A stretch of 64,000 nt of DNA from contig PLYO01000026.1 of the NCBI GenBank assembly GCA_003151825.1, positions 21,704-85,703 of the forward strand. The letters run 5' to 3'. Under the pieces are notes generated by a model, which did not search any database, was not told where the DNA came from, and worked only from the letters and a program-made list of their open reading frames with translations. Both the position numbers and the translations under genes were made by a program. The stretch is from Ignavibacteriota bacterium. GTDB lineage: Bacteria; Bacteroidota; Ignavibacteria; Palsa-1295. This document shows, piece by piece, positions 36,400-46,182 of this stretch (position 1 is the first letter of the stretch; the number at the start of each line of letters is the position of its first letter).

Positions 36400-37506
36400 T
36401 TAAAATTTTACAAAAGGATACGCAAGATAGAAAAACACGCCCACGCTTTTACCGCCTCGGGTCACCCGCCATTCGAGTCCGGGAGCCGGAAACTTAAAAA
36501 AATCTAACGTCTGACGAAACCAATTCCAACCCGGCGAACCATCGGGAAGAATCTTGACTATATCGTAGTCGAGCGCGAGCGTAATGACCCTGCTCTCTCC
36601 GGGATCGCCAATATTTCTCCCACTGTACCCGGCTGCAATATTGAGCCACGAGGGCCAGAATTTCCAGCCACTCAAGTCCGATATGTTCGCGCTGATCCAT
36701 AAATTCCATGCGCTATAATCGTCAATGGGAGTCTGGGAGCCGGCTTTCGGCTCACCTCCAAACCAGATCGATGGATAGTAATTGAATTTGGGCGACAAGT
36801 CTTGAAGTGTGCGGCTGTATTGCGAAGCGGCATAATACACGCAGCCCAGTGTCTGGGAGTACACTTCGAATGGCGACAGCGAGAACTCGGTGCCAAAGCC
36901 ATCGAGGACTTCGACGTAGGTTTGATACCCCAATCCGGCAATCGCCCCGTAAATCGGAGCAAGTTTTAAACTCACGCCCGAGGCGATGAGCGCTTGCTCC
37001 GAAACGTAGGAAATAAAATAGGCAGCGACGAAATGTCCGCCATAATTTGCTCCTAAGGATTCATCGAAATTATCTCGAATGCGGAAGGATTGCGACTGGC
37101 GCCAGAACGTTTCTTCCTGATAATAGTGGAGAGCGGCAAGAATGCCGACATAAGTGCCAAGGAAGGTGTATGCGGGAATCGGCTGAATTTCGGTGTATCT
37201 GCGCGGCGGATCGCCGGTCAACGTTACCATTTGGTGATCGGCCCAGCGATATTTCGACCACGGAATGAATTCCGAGGTGTCAAGCGTGTAGCGGTTGTTG
37301 GTGTCACCGATTCTTCTCAGTGAGTCCGGCAGCGCAAAGCGAATGGAATCATTATTTTGAAGGAATGCAAATTTAATTGGTAGTTGGAACGAGGAATCAT
37401 GGGACAAAAGCGGTGGACTATTGACAGCGAGTGGCGACGAGCGTACCACACTCGTCGCGAAAAGGCATAGGAATAGAAGAACGCCGAAATATCTAACAGG
37501 CTTCAT
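36400..37506 (-). CDS. Hypothetical secreted/outer-membrane protein
   Basis: Signal peptide MKPVRYFGVLLFLCLFATSVVRS. Aromatic-rich with a terminal YPFVKF. No family recognised with confidence. Confidence 0.6.
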   Translation of the reverse strand: MKPVRYFGVLLFLCLFATSVVRSSPLAVNSPPLLSHDSSFQLPIKFAFLQNNDSIRFALPDSLRRIGDTNNRYTLDTSEFIPWSKYRWADHQMVTLTGDPPRRYTEIQPIPAYTFLGTYVGILAALHYYQEETFWRQSQSFRIRDNFDESLGANYGGHFVAAYFISYVSEQALIASGVSLKLAPIYGAIAGLGYQTYVEVLDGFGTEFSLSPFEVYSQTLGCVYYAASQYSRTLQDLSPKFNYYPSIWFGGEPKAGSQTPIDDYSAWNLWISANISDLSGWKFWPSWLNIAAGYSGRNIGDPGESRVITLALDYDIVKILPDGSPGWNWFRQTLDFFKFPAPGLEWRVTRGGKSVGVFFYLAYPFVKF

Positions 37507-37555
37507 GTAAGAACGTGAACGAAATGAGGAAATCCAGGCGCGAAAACGTTGAACG

Positions 37556-38152
37556 TCAGAAGAAAATCCCGCCGTTTAAAATAAGGAACGCGCGGGAACC
37601 CATTACGGAAACGTTATTGTACGCGATTCCCAACTGACCGAAAAATCCCGATGTGCTGCCGCCGCGCAAACCCGCGCCCGCAGATAACATCCCGGCTTGA
37701 AACAAGTGATGGTTCGAACGGTCGCCAAACTGAGGACCACCCCCGGCGTTTGCATACAAAAACGGCGTCGTCGAAGACGAAATCGGCAACGGTGCGCCGA
37801 GATCGTATTCATACTCGATGACAAACGGCGTAAAGCCATCCACGGCAGCTTCATCCCCAGGATTTTGCGGAACCATCGTCGGGACGATTCCAGCCCAAAG
37901 TATTCCGTTGTGAAAAACCGACGTTCCTAACAGGATCTGAACGGTCCATAATAAGTCTCCTACATTCGTGGGCGAGGCTCCGAAGCCAGAACTGAGTTGA
38001 AAAAAAAGGTGCGGCTGCGTGTTAACCCCCCGCGCAGCCGCGAGAACGCTGTCACGAGTTTGGGCCGATGCTGGCGGAAGCTGCGTAAACAAAACGAGCA
38101 GCATCACGCCATTGACCCGCCATACATGGAAGCAGGTGTAGGGGTGTGTCAT
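37556..38152 (-). CDS. Small glycine-rich outer-membrane beta-barrel-like protein
   Basis: Hydrophobic leader ...MLLVLFTQLPPASAQ and a terminal NGGIFF. The start is ambiguous (38170, 38152 or 38104). Confidence 0.5.
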   Translation of the reverse strand: MTHPYTCFHVWRVNGVMLLVLFTQLPPASAQTRDSVLAAARGVNTQPHLFFQLSSGFGASPTNVGDLLWTVQILLGTSVFHNGILWAGIVPTMVPQNPGDEAAVDGFTPFVIEYEYDLGAPLPISSSTTPFLYANAGGGPQFGDRSNHHLFQAGMLSAGAGLRGGSTSGFFGQLGIAYNNVSVMGSRAFLILNGGIFF

Positions 38153-38182
38153 CCTAAAAATTTCGCGCAATTAACGTATGCT

Positions 38183-41100
38183 TCAACTCCTCTTTACTGG
38201 AAAGAATTTTCTTCGGGGTTGGTCAATTCTAAATACCTGAAACATGATCGGCAGCAGAATAAGATTGATAAACGCGGTGAGCAAAAGTCCGCTCACAATC
38301 ACGACCGCAAGCGGTTTTTGCGTTTCGGAGCCAATGCCGGTCGAGAGTGCTGCCGGCATAAGCCCGATCATCGCAAGCACCGCGACCATCACGATGGGCC
38401 GCACACGGCTCATGCAGGCATGTCGCAAAAGATCGCCTATATTATCGAATTCACCTCGATGGTGCTTGACATACGTGAGCAAAACGACTCCGTTCATAAT
38501 ACTCACCCCAAAGAGCGCAATAAACCCGATGCCCGCCGAAACCGAAAAATGCAGGCCTGTCACGAGCAATCCCAAAATGCCGCCAATCGTGACGAATGGA
38601 ACATTCGCAAGACTGAGCAGCGCATATCCCCACGAGTCAAACGTTGTGTAAAGCAAAATCAGAATGAGCAGCAAGCTGAGCGGCACGACAATCGCAAGCC
38701 GCTTCATCGCGCGCTGCTGGCTTTCGAACTCGCCTCCCCACACAGCGAACGTTCCCGCAGGGAATTTCACCTGTTTCTCCACGCTTGTGCGCGCTTCCGC
38801 GACCGCGCCGCCCAAATCGCGCCCGCGCACTCCAAACTTAATCGCAATGTAACGCCCGTTCGATTCGCGATAGACAAATGCCGCTCCGGGATGGATGCCG
38901 ATCCGGGAAATGGCGGAGAGCGGAATTTTCGCGCCGCTCGAAGTCGAAACCAAGAGCGAGCCGATCTTATCGGGATTATCGCGGAACTCCGGCGCAAGCC
39001 GGATGACTACATCGAAGTGTTTCTCACCTTCGTAAAATTGCGTTGCCACATTCCCGCCGATCGCGGATTCGATCAGGTTTTGCACGTCGCTCACGTTCAC
39101 GCCATATTGGCCGGCCTTCATTCGATCGACTTCGACTTCGAGCGTCGGCTGGCCGATCTCCGAAAAAACGCCAACGTCCGTTATACCGTTGGTGTGTTCC
39201 AAAATATCGCGCACTTCCTCCGCCTTTTTCTGAAGCACGACAAGATCAGGCCCAAAGACTTTTACGGCTAACTCCCCTTTTACTCCCGTGACCGCTTCTT
39301 CCACATTGTCCGAAATCGGCTGCGAAAAATTGAAGTCGATGCCCGGCATCGTGGCGAATTTTTCGTTCATATCGGCAATGAGCGCGTCTTTGGAAGAATG
39401 CTTTTTCCACTTGCCATCGGGCTTTAGATCGACGAAAAATTCCGCGTTGAAAAATCCGGTCGCATCGGTGCCATCGTCAGGCCGGCCTAATTGCAGCACA
39501 ACATTTTTTACCTCATCGTAGCTCGTGAGCAGATTCATGACATGCTTCGAGGTGGAATCGGCGCTCGAAGGACTTACGCTGATCGGCATCGTGGCCCGAA
39601 CCCAGAGCGCACCTTCGTTCAGATGCGGAAGAAATTCCGTACCAAGAAATTGACTGAGATATAAACTCACGAAGAGCGCCGCGACCGAAATACCAAAAAT
39701 AAGTTTGCCTTTGCGAAGCGAAGCGTCGAGCAGCTTTACATACACCCGATTCAGCCATTCGAAGATCGGACTCTTCTCGTGCAGCTCGCCTTTCAACAAA
39801 TCCTGCGCGAGCACCGGGACGAGCGTAAGCGAAAGCAGCATTGCACCGATGAGCGCAAAACCCAAGGTATAAGCCAGTGGCGAGAACATCCGTCCTTCGA
39901 TTTGCTGGAACGAAAAGATCGGGATCATCGCCGCGATGATGATGATAATCGAGAAAAAGATCGGCTTGCTCATCTCGGCTGCTGTCGATTCAATGAGTTC
40001 CTCGCGGCCCGCACCGCTCGTAACATGCTCCAATGCCAGCCGCGCGAAAATAGCCTCAACCATAATTACGGCGCCATCGATGATAACGCCAAAATCAATC
40101 GCGCCGAGCGAAAGCAAATTCGCCGACATGCCGCGCCAGTACATCAGCACAAAGGCAAAGAGCAGCGAAAGCGGCACGACCACAGCCGCAATAAATGCGC
40201 TCCGAATATTGCCTAAGAAAATAAAGAGCACCACAATCACGAGCAGCATCCCGACGACGAGGTTGTGCAAAACGGTATGCGTCGTAACTCCTACAAGGTC
40301 GGCGCGGTCGTAGTAGGGAATAATCTTTACATCTTTGGGAAGGATCGTTGCGTTAAGCTGTTTGACTTTTTCTTCCACGCGCTCGATGACCAACGAAGCA
40401 TTCTCGCCACGGCGCATGAGCACGATGCCTTCGACAGCATCGTCATTGCCCGGAATCGCGACTTTTCCGAGCCGCACGGCATGACCGATGCGAACCTCGC
40501 CAAGCTGGGCAATTTTTAGCGGCGTGCCGCCCAAGCTCGTCACGACGACATTCGAAATGTCATCCAAGCTTGCAAACAACCCAACACCTCGAAACACATA
40601 TCCCTGATCGCCCTGCTCGATGAGCGATCCCCCGGCATTCGCATTGTTAGCCGCGAGCGCATCGGAAACTTGCTTCAGCGTGACTCCATAATAAACAAGC
40701 TTTTGCGGATCGATTGCGATTTCATACTGCTTTGTCGGGCCGCCGAAGCTGGAAACATCCGTTACGCCTTCAACGGCTTTGAACTGCCGTTCGAGCACCC
40801 AATCTTCAATCTCCTTAAGTTCCATCGGCGAGCGCGTTTTACTTTGGAGCGTATAGCGATAAATTTCGCCCGTCGGTCCGCTTTGTGGTGAGAGCTGCGG
40901 CGAGACTCCATCCGGAAGTTGCACATCCTGCAATTTCTCCGTCACGTTGGTGCGCGCGAAAAATTCGTCAGCAGCATCGTCGAATGTGAGCGTCACCACC
41001 GATAGCCCGAAGAGCGAAATCGAGCGGAGATTGAGCAGGTGAGGAATGCCGTTCATCTCCGTCTCCGTCGGGACCGTCACGAATTTTTCCATTTCCTCCG

Positions 41101-41272
41101 CGCTGCGGCCTGGCCATTGGCTGATGATCTGTACGCTTGTGTTCGTCAGATCCGGGTACGCCTCAATCGGCAACTGCGTGAAGGCATAGATGCCGGCAAT
41201 CAGGAGCAGCACCGTCGTGAAATAAACGACGATCCGCTCCTTGAGGGCAAGTTCAACTATTTTCTTCAGCAT
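38183..41272 (-). CDS. czcA: CusA/CzcA family heavy-metal efflux RND transporter
   Basis: 1029 aa. The N-terminus LPIEAYPDLTNTSVQIISQWPGRSAEEMEKFVTVPTE is typical of HME-RND pumps, and the topology is 12 TM segments with two large loops. Confidence 0.9.
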   Translation of the reverse strand: MLKKIVELALKERIVVYFTTVLLLIAGIYAFTQLPIEAYPDLTNTSVQIISQWPGRSAEEMEKFVTVPTETEMNGIPHLLNLRSISLFGLSVVTLTFDDAADEFFARTNVTEKLQDVQLPDGVSPQLSPQSGPTGEIYRYTLQSKTRSPMELKEIEDWVLERQFKAVEGVTDVSSFGGPTKQYEIAIDPQKLVYYGVTLKQVSDALAANNANAGGSLIEQGDQGYVFRGVGLFASLDDISNVVVTSLGGTPLKIAQLGEVRIGHAVRLGKVAIPGNDDAVEGIVLMRRGENASLVIERVEEKVKQLNATILPKDVKIIPYYDRADLVGVTTHTVLHNLVVGMLLVIVVLFIFLGNIRSAFIAAVVVPLSLLFAFVLMYWRGMSANLLSLGAIDFGVIIDGAVIMVEAIFARLALEHVTSGAGREELIESTAAEMSKPIFFSIIIIIAAMIPIFSFQQIEGRMFSPLAYTLGFALIGAMLLSLTLVPVLAQDLLKGELHEKSPIFEWLNRVYVKLLDASLRKGKLIFGISVAALFVSLYLSQFLGTEFLPHLNEGALWVRATMPISVSPSSADSTSKHVMNLLTSYDEVKNVVLQLGRPDDGTDATGFFNAEFFVDLKPDGKWKKHSSKDALIADMNEKFATMPGIDFNFSQPISDNVEEAVTGVKGELAVKVFGPDLVVLQKKAEEVRDILEHTNGITDVGVFSEIGQPTLEVEVDRMKAGQYGVNVSDVQNLIESAIGGNVATQFYEGEKHFDVVIRLAPEFRDNPDKIGSLLVSTSSGAKIPLSAISRIGIHPGAAFVYRESNGRYIAIKFGVRGRDLGGAVAEARTSVEKQVKFPAGTFAVWGGEFESQQRAMKRLAIVVPLSLLLILILLYTTFDSWGYALLSLANVPFVTIGGILGLLVTGLHFSVSAGIGFIALFGVSIMNGVVLLTYVKHHRGEFDNIGDLLRHACMSRVRPIVMVAVLAMIGLMPAALSTGIGSETQKPLAVVIVSGLLLTAFINLILLPIMFQVFRIDQPRRKFFPVKRS

Positions 41273-42390
41273 TATTTTTGGTCCGATTGAAGTTCGTCGT
41301 TGAGGAAGAGCGCGCCCGCGCCAACGATGGTGTCACCCGCGTTAAGCCCACTCATGATTTGCACGCGATCCGATTCTGTTTCGCCCGTCATCACGTGCTC
41401 TTTGCGGAAGGTGTGGGGAGCGGTTTGAATGAAGGCATAGACCTTCCCATCGGCATCGTAAAACGCAGCCGATGCAGGGATATAAAGCCCCTGTCCCTCT
41501 GCGTGATAGACCGTTGCACCGACGAACATCGCTGGCTTGAGAAGCCCACCAGAATTCGGCAATGTACAGCGCACTTTTGTGGTGAACGTCGCCGGATCGA
41601 CCGTTGGCGAGATGTATTCAATCCGCGAACTGAACGGATGCTCTTCCATCCCCGCCGCTTTGAGCACTACGGAATCGCCGACGTTCAGCGAATGAAGATT
41701 ATCCGGATACGCATCGAGCGAAACCCACAGGCTCTCGGTGCTGCCGATCATGAAGGCCAGCGTTGAACCGTCGTTCCGAACTTGCGAACCCGGCTGCGCA
41801 AGCCGCTGGACAACCGCACCATCGATCGGCGCGGTGATCTGGAACGTCATCGTGTTCGAGTTCTCGTTACCGCCCAGAAGCTTCAATGCGCTGAGGCTCC
41901 GCTGATAGTCCGCTTTGGCCTGCGCTTCATCATTCTCCGCTTGTTGAACGTCTTGCTGGGAGGCAACTTTTGCGGCGAGAAGTTCCTGTTCGCGTTTGAG
42001 CGCCTTTTCGGTCAGCGTTGACTCCGCGCGCGCTTTTTGGAAATCCGAAATCGCGCTTGCAAAATCGCTGCTATAGACATCCGCAAGCACCTGTCCCTTT
42101 CGGACAATATCGCCCTGCGTTACATAAATATGACTGATGACGCCACCGACGAGCGGATAGACTTGCGTCACCTTGTTCGGGTCGAAGTCGATGTGCCCCG
42201 ATAGCAGGGTCATGATTTTTATCGGCTCCGTCTGGGCCTCGGCGAGCGGCAGCTGCGACGCCATCTTTTCGCTGACGACGATCACATCCTTCGTCGCCTT
42301 CGATTCTTCCGTAGGCTCCGGCGATTTGTTCGAGCAAGCGCCAAGCATCAGTAGCGTGGACAAAATAAATAAATAATTGATTTTTTTCAT
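41272..42390 (-). CDS. czcB: Efflux RND periplasmic adaptor subunit
   Basis: Lipoprotein-like leader LLMLGACS. Barrel-sandwich and coiled-coil hairpin (ALKREQELLAAKVASQQDVQQAENDEAQAKADYQRS). The start overlaps the pump gene by 1 nt. Confidence 0.88.
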   Translation of the reverse strand: MKKINYLFILSTLLMLGACSNKSPEPTEESKATKDVIVVSEKMASQLPLAEAQTEPIKIMTLLSGHIDFDPNKVTQVYPLVGGVISHIYVTQGDIVRKGQVLADVYSSDFASAISDFQKARAESTLTEKALKREQELLAAKVASQQDVQQAENDEAQAKADYQRSLSALKLLGGNENSNTMTFQITAPIDGAVVQRLAQPGSQVRNDGSTLAFMIGSTESLWVSLDAYPDNLHSLNVGDSVVLKAAGMEEHPFSSRIEYISPTVDPATFTTKVRCTLPNSGGLLKPAMFVGATVYHAEGQGLYIPASAAFYDADGKVYAFIQTAPHTFRKEHVMTGETESDRVQIMSGLNAGDTIVGAGALFLNDELQSDQK

Positions 42391-42394
42391 GGAA

Positions 42395-43663
42395 TTACCT
42401 TTCGAAAATTTCTACGCCAACGGCGCGTTCAAGGAGTGACTCATTTTTGGCAAGGGTGTAAAGCGAGCCGTAATAGCTCGCGATGGCATCGTGATAGACC
42501 TGCTCCGAACTGAGCAGATCGAGCAAGCCAATGCGGCCATCCGTATAATTACGGAGGGCATTATCGCGCACATCGGTGGCCATTTTCACGATGTCCGGCG
42601 GCAGCCCGCGAAAAACGCCGAGCGAGTTTCTGTATTTTTCATACGCCGCGTTGAAATCGCCGTGGACTCCGATACGTGCATTCTCGTAGTCGTATTCGGC
42701 TGCGCGTTCGTTCGATTCGGAACGATAAATATCGTCCTGATTCCGATTGAAGATCGGAATGGAGATACCGATTCCTCCGCCGTAGAGATTTGAAAAGTCC
42801 GGCCCGTTGCGGTCAAGTTCGATTCCGAAGGAAGGCGCGGGCCAAGCGTTCGATCGTGAAAGATCGGATTGATGCTCCGCAGCTTTCACGTTATGCTCGG
42901 ATGCGCTGAGATCGGCACGCTGCTCGTAGGCCACTCGTTCGAGCGAATCCTTTGGCATGAGATCGCCAGACGATTGGAAATCATACTGGACTTTGATCGG
43001 CGCGGTCGTGTCGAATCCCATCGTCTGCTTGAGCGAGTTCATCGCGTCCATCAGGCTCTGCTCGGCGTCGCTGACGGCCTGACGGTAGGTCAGCTCGGTC
43101 AGTTCGAGCTTCGTCAGATCCTCTTCGGCAATGGCTCCGGAATGAAGCTGTGCTTTCGATGCCTCGATGAGTTTTGCGAAGAGATCGTAATTCTGCCGAG
43201 CGAGACCGATATTGATCTCAGCATAAGCCGCGTCGATATAGCTATCCTTGACCGCTGCTTTCGTTTGAAAAACCTGATAATCATAGGTGTGTCGCGCGGC
43301 TTCGGTCGATTCTCTCGCGGTCAGGATATGATTGCTCCTCTGGCCGGCAATCGGGATCGTCTGGTCTATGCGATAGGAAGTCGTAGCCTGCGAATTATCG
43401 ATTGGCTTTTGAAATACGCCGTAGCTTGCGGCATTGACCGATAGCTCCGGATTTGGATAGAGATGCGCGCCAATGGTATCGGCTTCGGCAGCGTGCAGAC
43501 GATAGCGATCGCCCGCAAGCACGGCAGATCGGGTAAGCGCGATTTGGCGCGCGGCACCCAAGCTTAGCGCCAGCGTGTCCGTTTGGCCATGCGCCGCGCT
43601 ACCAAAGCCGATAAGCGCTATCGGCATGGCAGCAAAAATTAAAATGATATGACGATATGACAT
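42395..43663 (-). CDS. czcC: TolC family outer-membrane efflux protein
   Basis: Two TolC-type repeats. The likely start at 43663 (MSYRHIILIFAAMPIALIGFGSAAHGQ) gives a signal peptide. First gene of the czcCBA-like operon. Confidence 0.85.
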   Translation of the reverse strand: MSYRHIILIFAAMPIALIGFGSAAHGQTDTLALSLGAARQIALTRSAVLAGDRYRLHAAEADTIGAHLYPNPELSVNAASYGVFQKPIDNSQATTSYRIDQTIPIAGQRSNHILTARESTEAARHTYDYQVFQTKAAVKDSYIDAAYAEINIGLARQNYDLFAKLIEASKAQLHSGAIAEEDLTKLELTELTYRQAVSDAEQSLMDAMNSLKQTMGFDTTAPIKVQYDFQSSGDLMPKDSLERVAYEQRADLSASEHNVKAAEHQSDLSRSNAWPAPSFGIELDRNGPDFSNLYGGGIGISIPIFNRNQDDIYRSESNERAAEYDYENARIGVHGDFNAAYEKYRNSLGVFRGLPPDIVKMATDVRDNALRNYTDGRIGLLDLLSSEQVYHDAIASYYGSLYTLAKNESLLERAVGVEIFER

Positions 43664-43732
43664 GTCCTGGATTACTCCGGTAATACCCTGGAAAAATATG
43701 CACGCGCCGATACAATGGATTACATTGCGCGA

Positions 43733-43820
43733 TGTAGCCGTGATCAAAAGGTCACGGCTGCGGAGCATTAGAATTCGAAATACACCGTGACCTAAAGGTC
43801 ACGGCTACGAGTGTAGCCGG
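43733..43820. repeat. Tandem hairpins built on the GGTCACGGCT / AGCCGTGA motif upstream of the efflux operon
   Basis: AGCCGTGA-tcaaaagg-TCACGGCT (43736-43759), CCGTGACC-taaa-GGTCACGG (43785-43804), and GGCTAC-gagt-GTAGCC (43803-43818). Confidence 0.55.
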
Positions 43821-43828
43821 GGGAGCGG

Positions 43829-44263
43829 CTAAATCAGCAGGCGAGAATATGCGATCGTTCGGTCGAGCGTAGTGATGGCGCTCTCCTCGTCGATCTTCGT
43901 CTGTGTATAATAGGACTGGATATCGAAGTTCAGCGTGTCCGTCGATGCGCCATCGAGCACGCCGGGACTATCGACATCCTCAATGATCGTGGTACCGAGA
44001 AATCTGGGCACTACGTGCCGGTGGACATTCGATGCGCCGCCATCGTACCTGGCAGCCGCATAATAATTGACGTGAGGTTGGAGCGCGTCCGGAATGACGC
44101 TTGTCGAATCGGTTGCCGAATCGAGAATAAGAGGGTTGTCGTCAAAACGAATATCGCCGATGATGGCGGCACAGAGAATATCCGCGTTAATCGTATCGGC
44201 AAAAAAGACGAGGACGGTAAGGAGCGCGCCTAATTGCGCGAAATGGGCGCCCACGCGCTGCAT
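43829..44263 (-). CDS. Hypothetical protein
   Basis: ORF with a hydrophobic N-terminus from M39 (MQRVGAHFAQLGALLTVLVFFA). No recognisable family, and coding status is uncertain. Confidence 0.3.
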   Translation of the reverse strand: MQRVGAHFAQLGALLTVLVFFADTINADILCAAIIGDIRFDDNPLILDSATDSTSVIPDALQPHVNYYAAARYDGGASNVHRHVVPRFLGTTIIEDVDSPGVLDGASTDTLNFDIQSYYTQTKIDEESAITTLDRTIAYSRLLI

Positions 44264-44485
44264 CCTGCGCAGTTCGCGCGCTGGCCGGCCGGTAGCAATA
44301 TGACGAAAGGCGGCAATCAAACTAAACGTGGCAAACCGTACTTTCCCGGCTGAGGTTCCGCTCCGTACCCCTCTCAAATCCCGATTTTCCGCAGAAAATC
44401 GATAAGAAGCAAAAAAGCGGGAACCAGACCTTCCGTATATTGGATGTGCTATGCTTTCAGCATTCCATTTAAATTAAATTCAGTA

Positions 44486-44683
44486 ATGAAAGTGACTAAA
44501 CCGACCATCGACACCCGCGAAGCGCTCAACCGTCTTGCGCAACCGGTATTTTTCGATCATCTCGAACGCCAGAGCGCCTTCGAAATCGTCATGCGCGATG
44601 GCAGCGCGCTTCAAAAGGCCAGCGCCGAGCAAGCCGCAACCATGTGGCCCATCGAAGGGCTGAAGAAGAAAGTGGCGGCGTAG
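44486..44683 (+). CDS. Small hypothetical protein (65 aa)
   Basis: ORF from MKVTKPTIDTREALNRL.... No family recognised. Confidence 0.3.
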   Translation: MKVTKPTIDTREALNRLAQPVFFDHLERQSAFEIVMRDGSALQKASAEQAATMWPIEGLKKKVAA

Positions 44684-44731
44684 GGCTCAATCCAATCGAA
44701 CCCGATTTGGGTACTTGGGGTTAAAATAATC

Positions 44732-44929
44732 ATGGACCGCATCAGTATCGAATTCTCGAACGAAGAATTGCGCGAAATCCATCGTGCTGCGGAAAGCGTG
44801 GGCACGACGGACGAGGATTTCATCAAAACGAGTGTAAAATCCAAACTCCCACTCCATCTGCAATCCGACGACGAGATTGGCGCACGAATTCGAGAAGAGA
44901 ATCAGGAACTTTATAAACGATTGAGTTAA
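44732..44929 (+). CDS. Ribbon-helix-helix-type antitoxin (Phd-like partner of Doc)
   Basis: 65 aa. RISIEFSNEELREIHRAAESVG is RHH-like. The stop overlaps the doc start (TAATG). Confidence 0.65.
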   Translation: MDRISIEFSNEELREIHRAAESVGTTDEDFIKTSVKSKLPLHLQSDDEIGARIREENQELYKRLS

Positions 44930-45374
44930 TGCGCTATCCGGACATTGAATATGTCTTGCGCGAACAAAAGAAAATTGTTGACGATGCCGGAGGCCTCCAT
45001 GGCGTCCGTGACAGGAACATGCTTCTCTCCGTGCTGGGACAACCCTTGCAGACTTTTGGCGGTCAGGATCTCTATCCCGATGCGATCGCTAAAGCTGCCG
45101 CGCTCGGTTATTCCTTATTCGAAATCATCCTTTCGTCGATGGCAATAAACGGATCGGTCATGCCATGATGGAATGGGTACTTCGTGCTAACCGATTTGAA
45201 ATGATGAAGGAAATTGACGATCAGGAGCAAACTATTTTATCCGTTGCCGCCGGCGAATGGAATTTAGATCGTCTTACCGCATGGCTTCGCGAGCGCGTTA
45301 AAGAAGTCCAAGCATTTACTCGCACTGCGTCAAAAACGATGCCATCGCATCCCCCAATTGCTGCGGGGCTTTGA
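44929..45374 (+). pseudogene. doc: Fic/Doc family toxin (death-on-curing), disrupted by a 1-nt frameshift near 45115-45120
   Basis: Frame 1 encodes MRYPDIEYVLREQKKIVDDAGGLHGVRDRNMLLSVLGQPLQTFGGQDLYPDAIAKAAALGYSL. The Fic motif NHPFVDGNKRIGHAMMEWVLRAN continues in the adjacent frame (nt 45123 onward). Confidence 0.8.
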
Positions 45375-46140
45375 ACGGAAGTTCGAGATGATCGCAGCCG
45401 GGAAAGTCGATAAATTTTTTATTCGAGACCGGCGCGGCTTGAAGAAGTTCCTGGAGTTCGCCGGAAAAAATATACTTCTCGCTTGCGCCATGAAGTATGA
45501 GTAGATTTTTCGCGCGAAAATCTCGGATGTGTTTCCACGGTTCCAGCTTGTCGGAAACAATGGGCTTTACCACTCTGCTCGGATTTTCTGCTTCGAAGCG
45601 AGCCGCCAGCGAATCCTGCCTCGCATACGGGCTTTCGGCGATAACACCAATAATTTCCGATGTCATCGACGCTTCGACAAGCGCCAGCGAAGCGCCCATC
45701 GACCTTCCGTATATTACAATCTTCTTCGCCGCATATTTCGATTTCGCATACGAGACCGCCGCATCGAAATCAGTGAGGTATTCCGGATGGCCGATGGCGT
45801 TCGAATCGTAGGCAAACGCATCGCTCGTTCCGAATCCGCGATAATCGAAGAGCAGCACGGGAACCTGAAAATTCTGCACGATAAATTGCGCGAGAGGAAC
45901 ATCGTAACTCATGTTGCCCGCGTCTCCGCCGGCCAGCACAATGAGAAGATGCAACGTATCGACTGCCGGCTTGCAATACCATCCGGTTAAGCGAACGTTA
46001 TCCTTCGCGTGGAGATTGAGGCTATCGTAGGTCATTCCCGCTTGCGAGGGAACTGCAACGTAATCTTTATACGGATGAATGGCGAAAACTTCCGTTGAAC
46101 AACAAACGAGGAAAACGACGAGAATGAGGTACCGAATCAT
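45316..46140 (-). CDS. Alpha/beta hydrolase (secreted esterase-like)
   Basis: Signal peptide MIRYLILVVFLVCCSTEVFA. LLFDYRGFGTSD and the nucleophile elbow IYGRSMGAS. Confidence 0.8.
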   Translation of the reverse strand: MIRYLILVVFLVCCSTEVFAIHPYKDYVAVPSQAGMTYDSLNLHAKDNVRLTGWYCKPAVDTLHLLIVLAGGDAGNMSYDVPLAQFIVQNFQVPVLLFDYRGFGTSDAFAYDSNAIGHPEYLTDFDAAVSYAKSKYAAKKIVIYGRSMGASLALVEASMTSEIIGVIAESPYARQDSLAARFEAENPSRVVKPIVSDKLEPWKHIRDFRAKNLLILHGASEKYIFSGELQELLQAAPVSNKKFIDFPGCDHLELPFKAPQQLGDAMASFLTQCE

Positions 46141-46182
46141 GGAATGTGAAAATTATCTTTGACTATATCGTATTTTTGTGCT

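Noticed and set aside
37997-39271. 424-aa ORF on the plus strand
   Set aside because: It is antisense to the small OMP gene and to czcA, whose identity is unambiguous. The product is R/H/K-rich nonsense.
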